From a virus, in IMG/VR virus record IMGVR_UViG_3300032315_001186, positions 9,072 through 73,071 of that record: a stretch of 64,000 nt of DNA. One strand, written 5' to 3'. The notes beneath the pieces are model-generated. The model saw nothing but the letters and a program-made list of their open reading frames with translations, was not told the origin of the DNA and searched no databases. Shown piece by piece: positions 41,141 through 50,800 of this stretch (position 1 is its first letter; every line of letters starts with the position of its first letter). The position numbers and the translations under genes are program-made.

Positions 41141-42331
41141 ATGGAAGTTGTAAAAAGAGACGGAACAAGAGAATATGTGAAATTTGAAAAAATTTCATCA
41201 AGAATCAAAAAGCAAACATATGGTTTGAATGAAGATTATGTTGATTACTTTGAAGTATCAAAAAAAGTAATTGCTGGTTTATATGACGGAGTGACAACGG
41301 AGGAACTAGATCGATTGGCTGCGGAAACATCAGCATCACTAGTAACTAATCATCCTGATTATTCTACCTTGGCGGCACGTATTGCGATTACGTCGTTGTA
41401 TAAAAGAGTTGATAAAAGGTTCACGGCTACAGCAGATAAGTTATATCATTACATCAATCCTAAAACAGGAGAGAAAGCGGGTATGATTTCAGATGAAGTG
41501 TACAAAGTAATTGTTCAACACGGAAAAGAATTGGATGCGATGGTTGTCCATGATCGTGATTTTAATTTTGATTACTTTGGTTTCAAAACCTTAGAAAAAA
41601 GTTATCTACTTAAAATGTTTGGTGAGGTTGCAGAAACCCCCCAACATTTATACATGAGGGTTGCTGTAGGTATTTGGCTTGATAATTTGGAAATGGTACA
41701 AAAAACCTATGATATGTTATCACAAGGGTTATTTACCCATGCAACACCTACGTTATTTAATTCTGGAACCAAACGACCACAATTGAGTTCTTGTTTCTTG
41801 TTAGATATTGATGATGATTCAATTCCTGGAATTTACAAGACATTATCAGATTGTGCGGTGATATCTCAAAATGCTGGAGGTATAGGTGTAAATATTCACA
41901 AAATAAGAGCTAAAGGTGCTTATATTAAAGGAACCAATGGATCTTCAAATGGTATTATCCCTATGTTGAAGGTGTTTAATGAAACTGCCCGGTATGTTGA
42001 TCAGTGTTTTGTTCCAGATACAAAAGTTAAAACAAATCTTGGTTATAAAAAAATTTCAGAGATTACTGTTGGTGATATGGTTTTGAATTCAAACGGTACT
42101 TACAATCCAGTATCAAATGTCAAGAAGTTCGAAAAGAATGAAAGAGATTTTATAACCATCAATTCTTCTATTGGTGAGAATACTGTAACACGAGGGCACC
42201 TATATCTTACAATAAAAAATGGTAAGAAAGATGAAAACTTAACATATAAAATTCAAAACAAGTTGGTAAAAGCGGAATGGGTTGAAGCTGAAAATTTGAC
42301 AACTGAAGATATTTTGATTAAAATGAAATAA
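41141..42331 (+). CDS. nrdA: ribonucleotide reductase alpha subunit, N-terminal part + N-intein
   Basis: ATP cone (VVKRDG), ATPTLFN, LSSCFL, ARYVDQ then intein block A CFVPDTKV. Confidence 0.93.
   Translation: MEVVKRDGTREYVKFEKISSRIKKQTYGLNEDYVDYFEVSKKVIAGLYDGVTTEELDRLAAETSASLVTNHPDYSTLAARIAITSLYKRVDKRFTATADKLYHYINPKTGEKAGMISDEVYKVIVQHGKELDAMVVHDRDFNFDYFGFKTLEKSYLLKMFGEVAETPQHLYMRVAVGIWLDNLEMVQKTYDMLSQGLFTHATPTLFNSGTKRPQLSSCFLLDIDDDSIPGIYKTLSDCAVISQNAGGIGVNIHKIRAKGAYIKGTNGSSNGIIPMLKVFNETARYVDQCFVPDTKVKTNLGYKKISEITVGDMVLNSNGTYNPVSNVKKFEKNERDFITINSSIGENTVTRGHLYLTIKNGKKDENLTYKIQNKLVKAEWVEAENLTTEDILIKMK
42005..42328 (+). mobile_element. split intein N-fragment (108 aa)
   Basis: C1 CFVPDTKVKT..G...I..I.VGD.V; block B TRGH; WVEAENL; ends at TAA. 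Confidence 0.85.
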
Positions 42332-42340
42332 TTTAAAACT

Positions 42341-42538
42341 ATGAAAAATACAAATATTCAATTAGACCATCAAATTTTAGATGGTGAAATCGAAAGTGAA
42401 ATTGTTAATCTAAATTTAGATGAGATTGAGTTAGTAACTATAGACTCCATTCAGGAAACAAAAATAGATACTGAAGTATATGATTTGGAAATCGAGCAAC
42501 TCCCAAATTATACTACAGATATAAGTTTAGTTCACAAT
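42341..42538 (+). mobile_element. split intein C-fragment (66 aa), +1 residue Gly
   Basis: Block F VYDLEIE, block G LVHN, followed by GGC GGG GGT. Confidence 0.85.
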
Positions 42539-45217
42539 GGCGGGGGTAGGAGAAAAGGTTCTATTGCGGTATATCTTGAACCTTGGCATGCAGATGTATT
42601 TGACTTTTTAGACCTTAGAAAAAACCATGGTAAGGAAGAAATGAGAGCTCGTGATTTGTTTTTAGCTATGTGGACACCAAACCTATTTATGGAAAGAGTT
42701 GAGAGTGATGGACTATGGTCTTTATTTTCACCTGAGGAAGTGCCTGGTTTGATTGATGCATATGATACACCTGATTCGAAAGCTTTCACTGAGCTTTATA
42801 CAAAATACGAACGGGAGGGTAGAGCCATCAAAACTATCAAAGCTCGTGAACTTTGGGAAAAGATTTTGGATTCACAAATCGAGACTGGTACTCCATATAT
42901 GTTGTACAAAGATGCGGCCAACTACAAGTCTAATCAAAAAAATTTGGGTACAATCAAATCGTCAAATTTGTGTATAGCAGGAGACCAAAGGGTTGTGACT
43001 TCCCTTGGGTATTTAACTGCAAAAGAACTCAATGAAATTGGTCAAAAGTTGGAATTGTTTAACAATAAAGAAATGGTTTTATCATCTGAAATGAAGTTAA
43101 GAGCAGAACAGGAAGATGTATACAAAATCATTTTAGAAAATGGGATGGAACATAAAGTGACACCATACCATGGTATTCCAGTTTTAAAATCTTCTCGTAA
43201 AATTGAAAGGGTTGAGTGTAAAGACTTGAGAGTAGGTGACGTGGTTATGGTACAAACGAAGAAAGGTTTATTTGGTACCAAAGAAATGATAGATGAGGCT
43301 TTTTTGTTGGGTATGTATCAATCAGATGGGACACAAAGTGAGGGATCAATTATGCTTGATTTGTGGGAAAATGATTTTGATTTAGTCGAGGATATAGAAA
43401 ATAGACTTCAAAAATTGTATTCTAAATATGAATACAAACCAAGATACTCGAACAAAGGAGGAAAATTCATAGATTGTACTGTTTCATTTTCACCTGTTAA
43501 GAAAAAGAGATTAACAACCGACTTTTTCAAAAAAACTTTCCCATTTAACAAAGGATATGTACCAAGTTGGATTTGGGAATCAAATGAAGAAACACAATGG
43601 TCATATCTAAAAGGTTTGTTCTATGCCGATGGTTCAGTATTCGTTAGTAAATCGCGAGGTAACCCAATTCAATTGTGTTATGCCGATATAAATTTAGATT
43701 TTCTCAAAGAGCTACAACTTATTTTCAATAATTTAGGACTTCAATCTTCCATTAGATTACTTACAAAGGGTGGGGATAGACTACTACCAAATGGTAAAGG
43801 AGGACAATCAATTTATAAAACCAAAGATTGTTATAGATTAATAATTGGAAATAAAAATGATGCTTTGATATTGAATACTAAGACTGGATTTTTAGACAGA
43901 AAAAATATTATCTTAGATGAAAAAGAATACAGAGATAACACCAAAAAAGGTCATAAAGTTAAATCTATTGAGTATGTAGGTAAAGAGGATGTCTATTGCC
44001 CAACAATCAATAACGATGAACACCTTTTTGTTTCACAAGGAATGTTAACATACAATTGCACTGAAATTCTAGAATATACAGACAAAAACGAGATTGCGGT
44101 TTGTAATTTAGCGTCAGTAGCACTTCCTAAATTTGTGGACATTCCATCAGGAAAAGTACGTGAGAAAAACAAAAAGTTGCGGACTTACAACTTCCAAAAG
44201 TTATATGAAGTTGTTTATCAAATGACAATTAACTTGAATCAAGTAATCGATATAAATTATTATCCTACAATAGAAACAAGAACTTCAAATTTCAAACATA
44301 GACCCATAGGACTAGGAGTGCAGGGTTTAGCGGATACTTTTGCAATGTTATCCCTACCTTTTGAAAGTCCTGAGGCTCAAAAATTGAATAGTGAAATATT
44401 TGAAACAATTTATTTTGCGGCGTTGTCAGCATCAAAAGATTTGGCAATAAAACATGGTCCATATGAAACATACGAAGGATCACCAGCATCATTTGGAAAG
44501 TTACAATTTGATTTGTGGGATGTCAGTATGGAGAATCTTTCTGGTTTATGGGATTGGAGTACATTAAAATCTCAAATTGAAAAACATGGACTTAGAAATT
44601 CCTTACTTGTAGCTCCGATGCCTACCGCGAGTACCGCACAAATTCTTGGTAATAACGAATGTTTTGAACCTTTTACAACTAACTTATACAAAAGAAATGT
44701 ATTAAGTGGTGAATTTGTAATCATCAATAAACATTTGGTTGAGGATTTGGTTAACCTTGGACTTTGGAACGATAGAATTCGATTGAAACTATTTGACGGA
44801 AATGGGTCAGTCCAAAAGATAGATGAAATACCATCTGAGATCAGAGAAGTTTACAAAACTGTTTGGGAAATGAAGGGTAAAACTATTTTGGATATGGCTC
44901 GAGACAGAGCAATTTTTATTGACCAATCACAATCTCTAAATATTTTTATGCAAGATGTAACACAGTCTAAGTTATCTTCGGCACATATGTATGGATGGAA
45001 ATTAGGATTGAAAACAGGAATGTATTATTTGAGAACTAAGGCTAAAGCTGCGGCGATCAAAGGATTGGGTGTTGATATGTCAGCGTTGAATACTCCAGAA
45101 ATACAAGAAAGTTTCAAACCCAAACCACTCGAAAACAATAATTTGACATTGACAGAAGATATGATAAACAAAGTTTGTTCTTTAGATGATCCAAATTGTT
45201 TGACATGTAGTTCATAG
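42341..45217 (+). CDS. nrdA: ribonucleotide reductase alpha subunit, C-terminal part with C-intein and a second, full intein
   Basis: VHN|GGGRRKGSIAVYLEPWHAD, SNL|C...N|CTEI, VCNLAS, PMPTASTAQ, KTGMYYLR, terminal CLTC. Confidence 0.93.
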   Translation: MKNTNIQLDHQILDGEIESEIVNLNLDEIELVTIDSIQETKIDTEVYDLEIEQLPNYTTDISLVHNGGGRRKGSIAVYLEPWHADVFDFLDLRKNHGKEEMRARDLFLAMWTPNLFMERVESDGLWSLFSPEEVPGLIDAYDTPDSKAFTELYTKYEREGRAIKTIKARELWEKILDSQIETGTPYMLYKDAANYKSNQKNLGTIKSSNLCIAGDQRVVTSLGYLTAKELNEIGQKLELFNNKEMVLSSEMKLRAEQEDVYKIILENGMEHKVTPYHGIPVLKSSRKIERVECKDLRVGDVVMVQTKKGLFGTKEMIDEAFLLGMYQSDGTQSEGSIMLDLWENDFDLVEDIENRLQKLYSKYEYKPRYSNKGGKFIDCTVSFSPVKKKRLTTDFFKKTFPFNKGYVPSWIWESNEETQWSYLKGLFYADGSVFVSKSRGNPIQLCYADINLDFLKELQLIFNNLGLQSSIRLLTKGGDRLLPNGKGGQSIYKTKDCYRLIIGNKNDALILNTKTGFLDRKNIILDEKEYRDNTKKGHKVKSIEYVGKEDVYCPTINNDEHLFVSQGMLTYNCTEILEYTDKNEIAVCNLASVALPKFVDIPSGKVREKNKKLRTYNFQKLYEVVYQMTINLNQVIDINYYPTIETRTSNFKHRPIGLGVQGLADTFAMLSLPFESPEAQKLNSEIFETIYFAALSASKDLAIKHGPYETYEGSPASFGKLQFDLWDVSMENLSGLWDWSTLKSQIEKHGLRNSLLVAPMPTASTAQILGNNECFEPFTTNLYKRNVLSGEFVIINKHLVEDLVNLGLWNDRIRLKLFDGNGSVQKIDEIPSEIREVYKTVWEMKGKTILDMARDRAIFIDQSQSLNIFMQDVTQSKLSSAHMYGWKLGLKTGMYYLRTKAKAAAIKGLGVDMSALNTPEIQESFKPKPLENNNLTLTEDMINKVCSLDDPNCLTCSS
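42971..44056 (+). mobile_element. intein (362 aa) with LAGLIDADG endonuclease at the NrdA catalytic Cys
   Basis: SNL|CIAGDQRV...TPYH...LLGMYQSDG...LKGLFYADG...VYCP...TYN|CTE. Confidence 0.92.
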
Positions 45218-45251
45218 AACTACATCACAAAATTCAAGGTGGTATATTTAT

Positions 45252-45481
45252 ATGAAACCCATCAGTCTTCAACCGATGGAATAAAAGATGGGAATTGATT
45301 GTAAAAAAAACCAAATGAAAAACATCCAAATTAAAGGATATAAACAAACATCGTCAGGAACTGACGATTACAGACGTGGAGATGAAATAAGACCAACTAT
45401 TGTTGGTACAATCAATGAAGCGTCCAAAATTCTGAACTTAGTTTCAGAATCCCAATCATCTTTAGTGGTTGGGTAGTTCAA
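45252..45481 (+). mobile_element. non-autonomous IS200/IS605-derived element B (degenerate left end + omega-RNA region + right end)
   Basis: About 175 bp nearly identical to element A; GAAT...TCAA right end; preceded by TTTAT. Confidence 0.78.
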
Positions 45482-45485
45482 ACGT

Positions 45486-45947
45486 ATGGCTCAAGGAAAG
45501 ACATATGGAATAAGTTTTCCATTCGTGGATAGTATGAAAGGTAAGTATTTGGAGTTAACTGAATATGTTGCTGAAGAAATCCGAACGAATCTTATTCATC
45601 TTTTACTCACAAGAAAAGGTAGTAGATATTTTCTACCGAATTTTGGGACTAGATTGTATGAATACATTTTTCAACCAATGGACGGACCTACCTTTTCTGA
45701 AATTGAATCTGAGATACGAGACTCTGTACAACAATTTTTACCCAACTTACAAATCACAAATATAGTCATACAGGCAGCTTCTGATGAAGCTGCTGGTATG
45801 ACAGTGACAACTGCGGGAAATGTGGTTAATCCTGAGTTATCAATACCAAATCAAAATGTCTCAGAATATACAGCTAAAGTTAGAATTGATTACGCAATTT
45901 CTAACGATGTCTTTAATTCTAAAGATTTTGTAATTATTAATATCTAA
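45486..45947 (+). CDS. baseplate wedge protein (T4 gp25/P2 gpW-like)
   Basis: LLLTRKGSRYFLPNFGTRL..FQP motif. Confidence 0.9.
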   Translation: MAQGKTYGISFPFVDSMKGKYLELTEYVAEEIRTNLIHLLLTRKGSRYFLPNFGTRLYEYIFQPMDGPTFSEIESEIRDSVQQFLPNLQITNIVIQAASDEAAGMTVTTAGNVVNPELSIPNQNVSEYTAKVRIDYAISNDVFNSKDFVIINI

Positions 45948-45948
45948 T

Positions 45949-47790
45949 ATGGCTGAAAGAAAAATATCATACACTGCGAGAGATTTTGTAACTATAAGAC
46001 AGGAACTCATCAATTATACAAGGACATATTATCCTGAGTTAATTGACAACTTTAACGACGCTGCCGTATTTTCGGTATTTCTAGATCTTAACGCTGCGGT
46101 TGCGGACAATCTTCACTATAATATAGACAGAAGTATTCAGGAGACCGTACTTCAATTTGCACAACAAAGATCATCAATTTACAACATAGCAAGGACATAT
46201 GGATTAAAAATTCCAGGTCAAAGACCTTCAGTTGCTTTGGTTGATTTTTCGATAACGGTACCTGCGTTTGGGGACAAAGAAGATGAACGGTACTTAGGTA
46301 TTCTAAGAAGGGGAAGTCAAGTAATTGGCGCAGGTCAAATATTTGAAACGGTATATGACGTTAATTTTGCATCACCTTTCAATATTGATGGGATTCCAAA
46401 TAGGTTGAAAATACCTAATTTCGACGTAAATAATAATTTAATTAATTACACAATAACCAAAAGAGAAACTGTAGTTAATGGAATTACAAAGGTCTTCAAA
46501 AGAACCATTCTTCCAAATGATGTAACACCCTTCTTTAGTTTTTTCTTACCTGAAAAAAATGTCTTAGGAATTACATCGATGATACAAAAGCCTGGAACTG
46601 CCTATTCGAATATTCCATCGGATCAAGAATTTTTAGGTGCTCAAGGTAGATGGTATGAAGTCCCAGCGTTGGCTGAGAGTCGCATATTTGTTGAGGATCC
46701 ATCAAAACCATCCGATGATCCAGCAATCAAAGTAGGTGTATACATTGAAACTCAAAACAGGTTTATCACAGAATACACACCCGAAGGTTTTTATAAAATT
46801 ACTTTTGGTGGAGGTACTAACACTGCGGATGACCAACTTAGAGAATTTACCGCTTTAGATGTACCACTCAAGGTACAACGATATCAAAATAACTCACTAG
46901 CGTTGGGGGCTATACCACAAGCAAATTCGACGTTATTTATTCAATATAGAATCGGTGGTGGACTTGGTACAAATTTAGGGGTCAATGTAATTAATCAAAT
47001 TGGGTCTGTAAATTTCTTTGTAAATGGTCCATCTGAGACAATTAATACCCAAGTAATTAATTCTTTGGTTTGTAATAACCCAACTGCCGCTATTGGAGGT
47101 GCAGGATACCCATCGACTGAGGAGATTAGAAATTACGTAACATACAATTTTAGTGCTCAAAATAGAGCGGTAACAATCCAGGATTATGAAGCTGTCTTAA
47201 GAAATATGCCACCACAATTTGGTGCACCTGCAAAAGTTTCAATAACGGAAAATAATAATAAAATAAATGTTAGTGTTTTGTCTTATGATCAAAATGGTAA
47301 ATTAATTCCTGAGGTATCTCAAACTTTGAAAAATAACATTGCGGAGTATCTTTCAAACTATAGAATGATAAATGATTATGTTACAATTGGCAGTGCTCAG
47401 GTTATTGACATTGCAATAGATACTTCAGTGGTCTTAGATGCGTCACAAAATCAAGGAGTTGTTATCACTAATATAATTGATAAGATCTCTACATTTTTCA
47501 GTCCCGCCATTAGAGGTATGGGACAAAATATAGTACTATCGGAACTTTATAGAATCATACAAAATGAAAATGGAGTATTGAGTATAAACGACATTTCAGT
47601 TTTTGGAAGAGTTGGTGGACAATATTCATCCGCACAAACTTCAATGCCATACTCAAATTCTGAAACTAAAAAAATATCTTTGGTTGATAATACAATTTTC
47701 GCAGAACCAAATCAAATTTATCAAATCAGATTCCCAAATAGAGATATTACTGTAAGAACCAAAAACTACCAGTCAATTATTTTGACGTAA
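45949..47790 (+). CDS. baseplate wedge protein (T4 gp6/baseplate J-like)
   Basis: YTARDF..IR, ITFGGG, YRIGGG, AQNRAVTIQDY. Confidence 0.88.
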   Translation: MAERKISYTARDFVTIRQELINYTRTYYPELIDNFNDAAVFSVFLDLNAAVADNLHYNIDRSIQETVLQFAQQRSSIYNIARTYGLKIPGQRPSVALVDFSITVPAFGDKEDERYLGILRRGSQVIGAGQIFETVYDVNFASPFNIDGIPNRLKIPNFDVNNNLINYTITKRETVVNGITKVFKRTILPNDVTPFFSFFLPEKNVLGITSMIQKPGTAYSNIPSDQEFLGAQGRWYEVPALAESRIFVEDPSKPSDDPAIKVGVYIETQNRFITEYTPEGFYKITFGGGTNTADDQLREFTALDVPLKVQRYQNNSLALGAIPQANSTLFIQYRIGGGLGTNLGVNVINQIGSVNFFVNGPSETINTQVINSLVCNNPTAAIGGAGYPSTEEIRNYVTYNFSAQNRAVTIQDYEAVLRNMPPQFGAPAKVSITENNNKINVSVLSYDQNGKLIPEVSQTLKNNIAEYLSNYRMINDYVTIGSAQVIDIAIDTSVVLDASQNQGVVITNIIDKISTFFSPAIRGMGQNIVLSELYRIIQNENGVLSINDISVFGRVGGQYSSAQTSMPYSNSETKKISLVDNTIFAEPNQIYQIRFPNRDITVRTKNYQSIILT

Positions 47791-47865
47791 GAATTCACTT
47801 ATCGATTCGTAGAATTACATTTTGAAAAATAGTAGTATTACTATTTATCAAAAAAAGACATTTTT

Positions 47866-50800
47866 ATGTCCAATAGTTACAGAATCAGAACCCAAGTAGG
47901 GGTAGACAAACAAATCAATATTCAATTGGATCAAGATTTTGACCAATTAGAAATTTTATCTTTGAAGATTCGACAAGAAGAGGCATATCCACGTTTTTGT
48001 GCGGACTACGGAGTTGTTGCAGGGAGAGTTATTGTAAATGATGGATTTGGTGTTCCAAATGTTAAGATAAGTATATTTGTCCCTATAGATCAAGTTGACT
48101 TACAAAATCCAATAATATCAACTTTATATCCGTATAGAGATGTAACAGATGTTAATGATGATGGTTATAGATACAATCTTTTACCCTATGATAAACAACA
48201 TGGTGGTCACACACCAACAGGTACTTTTCCCTCGAAACAAGACATCATTACCAATCCAGCACTGATAGAAATATACGATAAATATTACAAATATACTGTT
48301 AAAACCAACGCTAGTGGGGATTTTCTAATAATGGGGGTACCACTTGGTGAACAAAAATTGGTCATGGATTGTGATTTATCTGACATCGGACCGTTCTCAT
48401 TAGCACCACAAGATTTAGTTGACATAGGACTTGCAACACCTGAAGAGATAGACGGTAACAAATTTCCATCATCTAACAATCTAGACTTACTACCACAGAT
48501 AATCAATCAAGTAAAAACAATTCAAGTTCAACCTTTTTGGGGTGATCCTGAAACCTGTCAAATAAGGATTACACGAGAAGATTTTAACTTACTTGATTCA
48601 GGAGTTAAAATTATACCTTCAGCCATTTTTATGGGATCTTTGTTTTCCAATGTAGATGAACAAAGCTTAAGTAAAAGATGTAGACCTAAAAATGGAATTG
48701 GTAAACTTTGTAATCTAACGAGTGGTCCTGGTGAAATAGTTGCGGTTCGTCAAACAATTTTCAATGATGAAAATGGGTATCCTATTCTAGAACAAGCTGA
48801 ACTACCAAATGGTGGTAAAGTTATCGATGTTGATGGTACATTTGTTTTTAATGTTCCTATGAATATGGATTACGTAACAACTAACGAGTTTGGAGAACAA
48901 ATCATTAGTTTGGATCCATCTGTCGGTATTCCAACATCAGGAAAATATCGGTTCAAAATTAAGTATGATCAACCACCAACTTTTCAAAAAAGAGAAATAC
49001 GAAGAGGTTATTATTTGGTACCAAATATAAAAGAGTATGGATGGTCTGTATCACAAACCGATCCTGCCTACAATATTAGTACTAACTCAACGGAGTATAA
49101 AAAATTCCAAAGTTCGTATTATTTTGGACTAGATTGGAGTGGTTATACAAACGGATTTACAATAACTAACAATGAATTTATAGATAGGATGACCGAGATG
49201 GTAAATTGTCAAGACACATTTTATCAACTCAAATATAGAAAAGTTTACACAACTGCAGCCTTAATAGATAATTTTAAAAGTGGTGATTTTGTAAATAGAT
49301 TTGTAGCCATCAAAGATATTACTGATGAAACTTGTGAAGGTACAATCAATAAATTTCCATCGACCGATGCAAATTATAAATTTGATTTTATTTTTTTTGT
49401 TGCAAATATCTTATTAACTATTTTAGGTCCGATATTACTTGTCCTTATTGTTCAACTACATGTACTTTCATTATTACTAACATTCATCAGAGAATTTTTT
49501 ATAGTTGTGTTGTTACCAGTACTTAAACTAGTTTACAGGTTATGTAATTGGGCAAACAAAATCGGGTTCAAGGTAAAATGTAAAAAACCACCATCACCAT
49601 CAGAAATTAGGAAAAGATTTCCAGATTTGAAAAAACTTAAAATACCGATGTTAACTTATCCTGATTGTCAAGCTTGTGATTGTTCTAGTGATGATATATT
49701 AGGTGGTGGTGGATTTGATGATACAAGTTGTAATGCTGATTTGAACATTGCTGAAAATTGGACACAACCATACAATGCTGGACCAAATGGTGAAAGTATA
49801 GAATTCGATAAGATTCAATATATGTTTGCAGGATGGGGTTGGGATGAAGTAGAACCAAGAGGACATCCTTATGAACAGAGAATCCCAAAAGCAGAGATGG
49901 GAGGAAATTCATACAGAAATTGGTATTATTATGTAAATTCGTTACCCCCATGGGAAACTATCAATATGTTTTCACTAAAAGGAAACTATTTTAATCACCC
50001 TAATGTGGGGGCTACGAGTGGAGGTATTAGTAGAATAGGTGTAACATTCAATCCAGATTTCAATGTTGGAAAACAACATTACGACAACGCAATTGCTCTA
50101 ATAGTAGATGAACAATGTTTCACATCACTTTCAGGACAAACATTATTAACATTCCAAAACCCGAATTTATCTAAGGATATTAACGCAGTTAATGTTATAT
50201 CAGGTGTAACTTATACAAATATAGATATAGAAGTAAATTATGCCAATTTTTCAAACACTAATTTACAAAACAGTTCAGTTAATTATAGGATTGGAGGAAA
50301 TGCCCCATTACAAACGACAGATTCGAAGTACTTTTTTCCTTCAGACTTGGAATACTTTCAGGTAATAACTGGAATGTCTTACAATCAGTTTGTTTCGTTA
50401 AACGTAACAAACAGCTCTTCTGGAGGTATTAATTTTCTATGTTTTAATGTGACTTTTGATTTATTACCAGACCCAAATATTAATGTAAATGCACAAAATT
50501 ACCAAACATTAAATGAACACACGATTGAATATACGGATTGTTTTGGAGTTCAACAAATTGAAAGTTTAGTACCAGGACAATACTCAAGATGTGTCAGAAC
50601 CCAACAAGGACAACAACCTCAAATAACAAATCAATGGACTGATCCGGCTAATCACACACAACCAGGTAGTGCAATACCAATTTCACCGCAAATACTATTC
50701 ACTACAAACTGTTCTAATCAACCCACTCCACCACCTCAGAACGTATATGTACTGTCAGATAGTTTATACAAAAGATTGTCAAAACAATTTACTTTATATT

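Noticed and set aside
42329-42343. Stop read-through or recoding joining the two in-frame nrdA halves
   Set aside because: The stop is TAA, the second half has a normal A-rich start context, and in-frame stop-to-ATG spacing is common here (430/434, 34183/34187, 36208/36212, 61410/61414). A sequencing error cannot be excluded without reads.
42300-42360. Self-splicing intron in nrdA
   Set aside because: Only 9 nt separate the ORFs, and the extra coding sequence is explained by intein motifs.
45288-45476. 62-aa ORF as an independent phage gene
   Set aside because: It lies wholly within element B and resembles a TnpB remnant.
33707-45481. CRISPR array or tRNA interpretation of the hairpin repeats
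   Set aside because: Only dispersed copies with no repeat-spacer periodicity or cloverleaf; they match IS200/IS605 ends.
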